From an uncultured Methanosarcinales archaeon (GTDB lineage Archaea; Nanobdellota; Nanobdellia; Woesearchaeales; ARS49): a stretch of DNA of 64,000 nt. The position numbers and the translations under genes are program-made. The notes below the pieces were generated by a model. That model worked only from the letters and a program-made list of their open reading frames with translations, made no database searches and had not been told where the DNA came from. The stretch lies in NCBI GenBank assembly GCA_964572035.1, contig CAZNDX010000002.1, forward strand, positions 63,007 to 127,006. The letters are read 5' to 3'. Below, piece by piece: positions 20,321 to 27,359 of this stretch (position 1 is the stretch's first letter; each line of letters starts with the position of its first letter).

Positions 20321-21300
20321 TTATAGACGATATTCTTTGGGGAAAATTCGATATACGAGAATCAGTTCTTTGTGAAATAATTGAAAATCCAGCCATACAA
20401 AGACTAAAAGGCGTCAACCAAATGGGGGCGCCAGACAAATGGTTTGGACGAACGGGATTTAGCAGATACGACCACAGCATAGGAACAATGCTATTTTTGA
20501 GACGACACGGAGCGACACTTGAAGAACAAATCGCAGGGCTTGTTCACGATATTACGCATACAACATTCAGTCATTTGATAGATTGGATTTATGGCGATGC
20601 AAAAAAAGAAAACTTTCAAGATGATAGTCATGTAAAACATGTCAAAAAAACAAACTTAGTGGAAATTATAAGAAAACATAATTTGCCTGAGGATTGCGCC
20701 GTTTTTCCGGAAAAATATTTGTTACTAGAAAGACCCGCCCCGGACATTTGCGCTGACAGACTGGACTACTCACTTCGTGAAATGCGGTTAAATTATCCAC
20801 TGGAAATAGCGGAATTCTTAACACACTCACTAGTTCGCGTGGGAGATAGATTCTTGTTTTCCGGAGGAGACAGCGCGTACGCATTTTATTGCGGGTACAA
20901 CGCTTTGCAATCAGATAGCTGGGCAAGTCCGCACACGCTCGGAGTATATCACTTGCTGTCGACCGCGCTAAAAGCTGCCATTGATGACAAACTCCTAAGT
21001 TTTGAAGATTTTTACACAACAGATGAAGAAGTTATCCAAAAACTAAGAACTTCCCAAAATTCAAAAATACAATTAATTCTTGAAACACTAGACAACGGAT
21101 TTGAAGCAGAGTTTGATGAATCTTCACAATTAAAATTGCATAAAAAATTCAGGTATGTCAATCCTTCATATCTTGATGGCAGGGAAATAAAGTGTGTTTC
21201 AGACATGCCTGAAGTTGAGTATGAATCTTGGCTATCGGACGAGAAAAGGAGATACCAAGATGGAATAAACATACGCATTAAGACACCAATACCTTTTTAA
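20317..21300 (+). CDS. HD-domain phosphohydrolase
   Basis: QRLKGVNQ.G, SRYDHSIG, GLVHD..HTTFSH, ADRLDY. Confidence 0.9.
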   Translation: MIIDDILWGKFDIRESVLCEIIENPAIQRLKGVNQMGAPDKWFGRTGFSRYDHSIGTMLFLRRHGATLEEQIAGLVHDITHTTFSHLIDWIYGDAKKENFQDDSHVKHVKKTNLVEIIRKHNLPEDCAVFPEKYLLLERPAPDICADRLDYSLREMRLNYPLEIAEFLTHSLVRVGDRFLFSGGDSAYAFYCGYNALQSDSWASPHTLGVYHLLSTALKAAIDDKLLSFEDFYTTDEEVIQKLRTSQNSKIQLILETLDNGFEAEFDESSQLKLHKKFRYVNPSYLDGREIKCVSDMPEVEYESWLSDEKRRYQDGINIRIKTPIPF

Positions 21301-21327
21301 ATCATTAATAGCCGAATTCTTATCAAC

Positions 21328-21402
21328 GGCGGTGTAGCTCAGCCTGGTTAGAGCACTGGTTTCATAAGCCAGGGGTCGGGTGTTCAAATCTCCTCACCGC
21401 CA
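21328..21402 (+). tRNA. tRNA with CAT anticodon (elongator Met or Ile2; not initiator)
   Basis: GGCGGTG..CACCGCCA; CTGGT-TTCATAA-GCCAG; G1-C72, lacks the initiator 3 G-C pairs; one T-stem mismatch. Confidence 0.9.
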
Positions 21403-21405
21403 TAA

Positions 21406-21552
21406 ATGAAAAACATACTTGGATGGATTTTGCTCATTGCGGCAATAGCCTCGTGGGCGTTATGGAACGCAGGATATGTAAAGACCGCGTTCGCAATACT
21501 TATACCGGCGATAATATTCAGTTTATACGTCATCTACGAACATTTTAAATAA
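21406..21552 (+). CDS. Small two-TM membrane protein (48 aa; not in ORF track)
   Basis: MKNILGWILLIAAIASWALWNAGYVKTAFAILIPAIIFSLYVIYEHFK. Confidence 0.55.
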   Translation: MKNILGWILLIAAIASWALWNAGYVKTAFAILIPAIIFSLYVIYEHFK

Positions 21553-21607
21553 GCCAAAATAATCATATGAAGAAAGAAGCTCTTTGAGCTTTCAAAAAGG
21601 TGATAAA

Positions 21608-21763
21608 ATGGCAGACGCAAAAATTCGTGGATGGATATATTTGATTGTAGGCCTAGCCGCAATCTATTTGACATGGAGCGGACGCTCAGACTGGGCTTTG
21701 TACCTTCTAGCGCTTTCAATGGTGTTCTCAGGATACCATCACGCGTTCGGGAAACACAAGTAA
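21608..21763 (+). CDS. Small two-TM membrane protein (51 aa; not in ORF track)
   Basis: AGGTGA ribosome-binding site; MADAKIRGWIYLIVGLAAIYLTW...GYHHAFGKHK. Confidence 0.65.
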   Translation: MADAKIRGWIYLIVGLAAIYLTWSGRSDWALYLLALSMVFSGYHHAFGKHK

Positions 21764-21777
21764 ATTCTTTTAATTTT

Positions 21778-22251
21778 TTATTTTCTTCTTAACGCCTTCT
21801 TCGCCACGTGCTTAAACATTCCAAAAATTGGCTTGGAGTAAATGACTGCAAAGAACGCAGCGACTAAAACAGTGAACGCGTCATAAGACTGACGCGCATA
21901 ATAATCGCAGCCCATAGGAGGAGTCGTGCAGGTCAACAGAAGGCCAAACTCATCTATGAACAAACCAAGGCCGGCGCCAAACAAGACTGCCGCGAAATTA
22001 AACATGTGCTCTCTGTTCGTTGTAAGGGCGATCCAGTTTGAAATTGCGACAAGAGCAAAACCGTAGTAGAAATGGTGAATGTGGTACTGGCTAATGTAAA
22101 GCCTCAGCCATTCAGGACCAAATAAAACAGTGCTTCTCGCGATTAAAAAAGCGACGATAAAAGAAACCGCGATGATGAACGGAGTTTTCTTGTTTCTTCT
22201 CAGAATATCCTGATAAAGCAAACTCTTCAAATCCCTGACGATATGAAGCAT
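21778..22251 (-). CDS. Membrane protein with HIHH motif
   Basis: About four TM helices; YHIHHFYYG and GAGLGLFIDEF segments. Confidence 0.8.
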   Translation of the reverse strand: MLHIVRDLKSLLYQDILRRNKKTPFIIAVSFIVAFLIARSTVLFGPEWLRLYISQYHIHHFYYGFALVAISNWIALTTNREHMFNFAAVLFGAGLGLFIDEFGLLLTCTTPPMGCDYYARQSYDAFTVLVAAFFAVIYSKPIFGMFKHVAKKALRRK

Positions 22252-22691
22252 TAGTAATAATCCTCTTCCGGCATCCGGCCAAATTGAGTCGCGAACATTT
22301 TATTTCTCAACGCCAAAGAGCTTCCAAACATTACTTCAGTCCCAAAATAATCAGGAACATCCATCAAATTATGGAGGAAGACAGGACCGTGCTCCCATTT
22401 TGACTCGACCTGTTTATTTCTCAAAATTCCATAATGCTTGACATCAAAACGACTACCGGAGCCAACGCCGTAAAAAACAATATCTCCTTCATTCTCCTTT
22501 GCCAAAGTTCTCAAATAATGCAAAGTGTCAGTATTGCCAGGGAACCCGAAACTTTTCAAAACATAATTGCCACAATCATATTGCGCTTCATCGCCGATTA
22601 TTTTAAGGCCCAATTTTTCAAGCTCGGAGTAATCCCGATTAAGAAACAAATTGGTGATGAGCTTTCTTCGGTCATTGATTGGAATCCGCAT
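22251..22691 (-). CDS. Hypothetical protein
   Basis: ORF with TAATG coupling to downstream gene; probable start MRIPIND. Confidence 0.65.
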   Translation of the reverse strand: MRIPINDRRKLITNLFLNRDYSELEKLGLKIIGDEAQYDCGNYVLKSFGFPGNTDTLHYLRTLAKENEGDIVFYGVGSGSRFDVKHYGILRNKQVESKWEHGPVFLHNLMDVPDYFGTEVMFGSSLALRNKMFATQFGRMPEEDYY

Positions 22692-22746
22692 AAGATAAAG
22701 AACCAAGACAACCTTTATAAACCTTGTTTGAACGCAAAGGAGTTAT

Positions 22747-22843
22747 GCCGCCGTGGCACAACCCGGTACTGCGCAACCCTGGAAAACAAATCCAGCGAGG
22801 TTGTTTCCTCACGGATTTCCCGGTTCAAATCCGGGCGGCGGCG
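22747..22843 (+). tRNA. tRNA-Ser(GGA) with 13-nt intron at 37/38 (22785-22797)
   Basis: GCCGCCG..CGGCGGC-G; long variable arm; CAACC-CTGGAA[AACAAATCCAGCG]A-GGTTG, intron CCAG pairs with CTGG (relaxed bulge-helix-bulge). Confidence 0.92.
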
Positions 22844-22929
22844 TTTATTTTATTTGGCTTCACGCCTATTCATTTCTTTAAACGGATTTGAAAATCCAGA
22901 CTGCGTCTGTCCGCCAAACAAGTTTGGCG

Positions 22930-22946
22930 TCCGGGCGGCGGCGTTT
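22930..22946 (+). repeat. Direct-repeat copy of tRNA-Ser(GGA) 3' end
   Basis: TCCGGGCGGCGGCGTTT identical at 22830-22846 and 22930-22946. Confidence 0.9.
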
Positions 22947-23993
22947 TTATCTTAACCTATTCGTCACATCAGTAAAAGAATTCTCATCAATAGGAATTGA
23001 ACGCTTCTTTTGAGAATTGAAATTGATTTTTTTCAAATCAACGGATTTTAGCGACAAAGAATCGTAAGAACGGAAATAAAATACTTTGTTCGTCAAATCT
23101 TTAACAACCGCCCACTGAGTATAATCCGCTGTTTCTCCTTTATCTGAAATATCTCCTTTAGGAATATCAACAGTATTAAGGATGTGTTGGGCGAGATTGA
23201 TCCCTTCTTTTGAATTTATTGGCTTTTTGGCGTAATGAGTAAACGCAGTCGCGCGAATAAATCTTGAAGGAGGAGTCCAATCGCCAGGAATTCCAAGCAT
23301 GCCAGTTCCTTCACCGGTTGTTTCAAGAACCAATTTTCCAAACGTCAGCGGATTAACATTTTGAGAGCGAAGATACAAATAATTTCTCAAGTTAGTAATG
23401 TGCCAATCAAAAGTCGGAGTATTTGTCAAAACACCGTTAGGATTATCGTAAATCTTTTTTTGACCGTTAACGAACTCAACAACTAAATTTTTTCCAGTCG
23501 CGTCGTGAACCGCGAAATGAACAGGAGGAACCATGCTCATCACTGAATTAAACTCTCCCCAAACAGTCGCGTTATTCAAAGCTGAGCGAACTTCGTCAAC
23601 CGAAGCGAAATTACCAAGCATCCAATTGCTCAAATCAGTAATTTCAACCACGTTTTTTGCGCCAGGTGAAACTGGCTCGTAAATCGTACCAGGGAACCAC
23701 AAAACACCAACAGAAAGACCTTTTTCATTCAAACCATCAACAGTAGTGTTCATTCCAAAAATATCAAGACCAACAAAACCATATTTAGAGTTCCATTTCA
23801 TCGCTTCAGAACCAACCGGAGAATTGCTGATGAAACGCTCTCCACGCGGGTGAATTATCAGTTTTGAATTTGTCTCAGGACCAAACTCCATAGAACGACC
23901 GTTAATCACAGAATTGTCACCGGATATAATCTGAAAATCAGTGCAGGCAAAAACTGAGCCCATACACAAAAGAATCATTAAAATTGCTTTCAT
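22947..23993 (-). CDS. Secreted choloylglycine hydrolase / penicillin V acylase family Ntn-hydrolase
   Basis: Signal peptide then CTDF nucleophile, GRSME, DGLNEKGL, LTN.P, PGDWTPPSRF, YTQW. Confidence 0.92.
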   Translation of the reverse strand: MKAILMILLCMGSVFACTDFQIISGDNSVINGRSMEFGPETNSKLIIHPRGERFISNSPVGSEAMKWNSKYGFVGLDIFGMNTTVDGLNEKGLSVGVLWFPGTIYEPVSPGAKNVVEITDLSNWMLGNFASVDEVRSALNNATVWGEFNSVMSMVPPVHFAVHDATGKNLVVEFVNGQKKIYDNPNGVLTNTPTFDWHITNLRNYLYLRSQNVNPLTFGKLVLETTGEGTGMLGIPGDWTPPSRFIRATAFTHYAKKPINSKEGINLAQHILNTVDIPKGDISDKGETADYTQWAVVKDLTNKVFYFRSYDSLSLKSVDLKKINFNSQKKRSIPIDENSFTDVTNRLR

Positions 23994-24095
23994 ACGAACA
24001 ACTCTAGAAATACAATATATAAGAATCACTCACCACGAGAAAATGAGAAAAAAATGAAAAACAAAGTTCGCTAATTTTCAGAAAAAACTAAGCAA

Positions 24096-24251
24096 TTAGA
24101 ATCGCTTTGGCTTTCTCTTGGCGTAGCAGTCACGGCAAAAGACTGGTTTTCCTTCAGTTGGCTTGAAAGGAACTTTAGTCTCTGCGCCACATTCAGTGCA
24201 CTTTGCATCATGCATCTCACGTGGAGCGCCGAAATCGTTTCCGAATCCCAT
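24096..24251 (-). CDS. CxxC-x17-CxxC domain small protein (51 aa; not in ORF track)
   Basis: MGFGNDFGAPREMHDAKCTECGAETKVPFKPTEGKPVFCRDCYAKRKPKRF; GGGTGA ribosome-binding site. Confidence 0.9.
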   Translation of the reverse strand: MGFGNDFGAPREMHDAKCTECGAETKVPFKPTEGKPVFCRDCYAKRKPKRF

Positions 24252-24352
24252 TTTGTTCTTCACCCGGTTGTCGTTAGTTATAGACGAGAATCAGCTCGTT
24301 ATACTGAAGATACCATCCATTTAGGGGTTTATAAAGCTATGCCTTTTTACGG

Positions 24353-24538
24353 TCATTCTTCCGCGTAAAGCAGGTAGACACAGATTACTGAAGTCGCGAG
24401 CCCGGAAACAAGCAGGAAAACATGCATGAGATCTGAATTTAGCGCATAACGGTCCATCAAAGTCCATAGACTGCGAAAAACAAGAACAGACGCGATTAAA
24501 AATGCCAGTTCAAGAACGACCGCTGTGCGAGTTTTCAC
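24353..24538 (-). CDS. Small two-TM membrane protein
   Basis: 61-aa hydrophobic ORF (FRSLW.LMD). Confidence 0.65.
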   Translation of the reverse strand: MKTRTAVVLELAFLIASVLVFRSLWTLMDRYALNSDLMHVFLLVSGLATSVICVYLLYAEE

Positions 24539-25112
24539 TTTTCAACCTCTTCAGAATGCTAATTGCCACGAAGTATATTAAAAATATATGTACGATCATA
24601 AGAAGCGGCCAAGTCCAAACATAATACGGCAGGCTAAAAGTGCAAGGATAATACACGCAATTAAGGTTGTAATCGCTTGGAAAAACAAAAGACCAAACCC
24701 AAATGGCCGCACCTTGCGCCAAACTGCCAATATATGCAAATGAAACAGGACCTTTCAGCAGGTAAAGCGCGTAAATGCACGCCGGCACGAAAAGAATATG
24801 CTGCAAGCTGTACAAATGAAGCCAATCAAACGCCCCATTCTTGAACATGTAAGTTGTGATGCCAAGAGGGGAAATTCCGGTAAGTAATTGCCACAAAAAA
24901 TCAAAAGACCAGACTAACTCCGGAATCGCCCCGAGACACAATTCAGCCAAAACCCAAAAACGAGAGTTAAGAAGAACGGCCAAACCCAGAATTATGAAAG
25001 TATGATTGCTAAACCAAATAACATATTGCTCGTTGCCCCACAAGATGAAAGTAATCGCAGGAAGCAAGCCAATCAGTAAAAGAACGGTGCCAACCCAAAT
25101 CCTCTTTTGCAT
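24510..25112 (-). CDS. Multi-pass membrane protein
   Basis: Start MQKRIW; WFSNH, LQH, YNLNCV segments; about six TM helices. Confidence 0.78.
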   Translation of the reverse strand: MQKRIWVGTVLLLIGLLPAITFILWGNEQYVIWFSNHTFIILGLAVLLNSRFWVLAELCLGAIPELVWSFDFLWQLLTGISPLGITTYMFKNGAFDWLHLYSLQHILFVPACIYALYLLKGPVSFAYIGSLAQGAAIWVWSFVFPSDYNLNCVYYPCTFSLPYYVWTWPLLMIVHIFLIYFVAISILKRLKSENSHSGRS

Positions 25113-25145
25113 TAAAGACGAAAAGGTAGAACTTAATAAAAATAT

Positions 25146-25219
25146 AACGCCGGGGCCGGGATTTCCCGCCACTTTGTGGCGGTCCTTTGAACCGCTTCGC
25201 GTTTCAAAGCGAACCCGGG
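25146..25219 (-). repeat. Duplicated tRNA-Glu T-arm/acceptor 3' end interrupted by a 46-nt double hairpin
   Basis: 25146-25163 = 25240-25257 and 25210-25219 = 25258-25267; insert at 25164-25209. Confidence 0.9.
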
Positions 25220-25241
25220 ACGGTTCAGTAGAAAGATAAAA

Positions 25242-25316
25242 CGCCGGGGCCGGGATTCGAACCCGGGTCTCAGCCGCGAGAGGGCCGAATACTTGACCGG
25301 ACTATACTACCCCGGC
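25242..25316 (-). tRNA. tRNA-Glu(CTC)
   Basis: GCCGGGG..CCCCGGC-G; CGGCC-CTCTCGC-GGCTG; CCGGG-TTCGAAT-CCCGG. Confidence 0.93.
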
Positions 25317-25414
25317 AATAGCCCGCAATCGTGGACTCAACAGTCCTTGAGCCCACGCGAGCAATCTGTCTGGACAACAAGGGGTTTAAAAAGGTTGTTG
25401 CTATAACTCCTCGT

Positions 25415-26023
25415 ATGAAGCCATTAGTATTGTTTGACTTTGATGGAACAATAGCGAACACATTCGATGCCTTAGTCAACATTCTCAACAAGCACAAAGA
25501 CAAATACGGATATCAAAAAATAACTCCTGCGCTTGTCAAAAAATTAAGAGACAAATCGCTTTCCGAAATTGTGAACTTAGCCGGAATTTCAAAGTGGAAA
25601 TTGTTTTTCATCGCAAGAAGAGCAAAAAAAGAATTAAATTCGCAACTTGAAACAGTGCCTTTGGTGAAAGGAATGGGTGAAGTTTTCAGAACGTTACGCA
25701 AAAACTATCGAATAGGGATAATGTCAAGCAACAGCAAAAAGAACGTTTTCAAATTTTTAACACTGCACGGACTAAAAGCGGATGAAATTTATGGCGGTGT
25801 TTCACTTTTTAAAAAAGCGCGCAAGCTAAGAAAACTGCAGCCCATTGTTTATGTAGGAGATGAAGCGCGTGATGTCGAAGCGTGCGGCAAGGCCAAAGTG
25901 CCAATGATAGCGGTCGTTTGGGGATTCAACAGCGAAAAAGCGTTGAGGAACGCGGATTATGTCACAAAAAAACCAACGGATATTGTCAAGATTCTGGCAA
26001 AATTCGGGAATAAACTTAAATAG
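25415..26023 (+). CDS. HAD hydrolase (phosphoglycolate phosphatase-like)
   Basis: LFDFDGT, MSSN, YVGDEARD, VVWGF. Confidence 0.92.
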   Translation: MKPLVLFDFDGTIANTFDALVNILNKHKDKYGYQKITPALVKKLRDKSLSEIVNLAGISKWKLFFIARRAKKELNSQLETVPLVKGMGEVFRTLRKNYRIGIMSSNSKKNVFKFLTLHGLKADEIYGGVSLFKKARKLRKLQPIVYVGDEARDVEACGKAKVPMIAVVWGFNSEKALRNADYVTKKPTDIVKILAKFGNKLK

Positions 26024-26061
26024 GTAAAAGTAGAACATTTTCCTAATCATTGAGGTGTTAT

Positions 26062-26457
26062 ATGAAAACAGAATCGAAAAACTGTCTAAATTACGGAACA
26101 ACATTTCTCCGAACAATGCTCGGGCTATTGTTTATTGTTCCAGGAATAATGAAACTAATGAACATCAGCATTCCAACAGCAATGCTTGACGCGATAGGAT
26201 TTCCAGCCGCAGGAATACTCGCGTGGATACTCGCGATTTCAGAACTGGTCTTCGGAATTGCGGTGTTAGTGGGGTTCAAAGTAAAATACGCAGTATGGCC
26301 ACTAATTTTGGTGCTTGTTGTTGCAACAATAACAGTCCACATACCAAGTACAGACCCAATGAAATGGATAGATGTTTTGTTCCACTTGGTCGCAATCGCT
26401 GGACTGGTTCTCTTGACAAAATGCGGGCCAGGAAGGTGGGCGCTAGGAGACGAGTAA
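26062..26457 (+). CDS. DoxX family membrane protein
   Basis: LR.MLGLLF..PG..KL, ELVFG, GPGRWAL; GAGGTG ribosome-binding site. Confidence 0.88.
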   Translation: MKTESKNCLNYGTTFLRTMLGLLFIVPGIMKLMNISIPTAMLDAIGFPAAGILAWILAISELVFGIAVLVGFKVKYAVWPLILVLVVATITVHIPSTDPMKWIDVLFHLVAIAGLVLLTKCGPGRWALGDE

Positions 26458-26474
26458 GAATAAATTTTATTTTT

Positions 26475-26771
26475 TTATTTTATTAAGCTTATAAAAAGCG
26501 CTAGAAACGCAATTATTGCACTAAGTATGGTGAAGATTAATATTTTTTTATTTAATTTATCTGTTTCCCATGCATTGATTAAAAGTAACGAGTTTGGACC
26601 AAGTCCGTAATAATTTTCTGTTTCTGAAAGAAGATATCCATGTCTTTCAAAATATTGTCGGTCAACAATGCTAACAATAACTTTTCTTACTTCCTCGGCT
26701 TGTATTCGTGAGTTAGGGAAATTCTCATACATTCGGTAAATCAGCTCTTTAAACTTCTGTTGTGACGTCAT
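26475..26771 (-). CDS. Hypothetical protein with C-terminal TM helix (AT-rich)
   Basis: 98-aa ORF coupled to upstream gene. Confidence 0.65.
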   Translation of the reverse strand: MTSQQKFKELIYRMYENFPNSRIQAEEVRKVIVSIVDRQYFERHGYLLSETENYYGLGPNSLLLINAWETDKLNKKILIFTILSAIIAFLALFISLIK

Positions 26772-27274
26772 TTTGTGGGTGTAGTAATTGAGCGTACTAT
26801 GTTAAAACTGTGTTTTATGAATTCTTCATATTCTTTTTCAGTTATTGTTTTTTGTTTGTAGTGAATTTCATGAATTAATTGTAATAGCTTTTTAATCTCT
26901 TTTTTATCTTTAACTCTAAATTTTCTAAGGTTTTTAGTAGTTTGAAGAAGTTGAATCATCTCAAAAAGGGCTTGTGTTTTACGACTATATTGTCGGAAAT
27001 CAACAAAATTTATTAGTTTTCTGTATGCAAAAGTTATAAAAGGCAAAATTACGATTATTGCTAATGCCATGTTTGCTAAAGGTGTGTAACTTTTTGTGAT
27101 GGGTTCTAGAAAGGTAAATTTTTCAAAAACTCGAAAGAAAAAATCAGCCCAAATCACTAAAAATAAACCGCCAACTCCTATGACACTTGCATGTAGTATT
27201 GTGTTTAAATTGTTGACTTTTTCGTATTCCCTTTCGTACAAATTTATTAGTTGGTCAACTTTTTGTTCGTTCAT
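26768..27274 (-). CDS. Hypothetical two-TM protein (AT-rich)
   Basis: 168-aa ORF, atypical composition. Confidence 0.65.
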   Translation of the reverse strand: MNEQKVDQLINLYEREYEKVNNLNTILHASVIGVGGLFLVIWADFFFRVFEKFTFLEPITKSYTPLANMALAIIVILPFITFAYRKLINFVDFRQYSRKTQALFEMIQLLQTTKNLRKFRVKDKKEIKKLLQLIHEIHYKQKTITEKEYEEFIKHSFNIVRSITTPTK

Positions 27275-27359
27275 ACGAATATTGCGCCCATACTATATTT
27301 AACTTTTTTTCTATTTTTTCCTCACCTTTTAATACAACCTCGCACTTTTTCTCTGAAAT

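Noticed and set aside
21328..21402. CAT tRNA as initiator or pseudogene
   Set aside because: It lacks A1-U72 and the three G-C anticodon pairs of initiators, and one T-stem mismatch is not enough to call a pseudogene
22434..22955. 173-aa plus-strand ORF
   Set aside because: Runs through tRNA-Ser and antisense to another ORF; no protein-like features
22947..25145. Integrated element between tRNA-Ser and tRNA-Glu
   Set aside because: The two repeats match different tRNAs, each only about 100 bp from its parent, so they do not bracket this DNA as attL/attR; no integrase
25146..25219. Duplicated tRNA-Glu end as a trans-spliced split-tRNA half
   Set aside because: An intact tRNA-Glu is adjacent, the fragment starts only at the T-arm, and no complementary leader or clear bulge-helix-bulge was found
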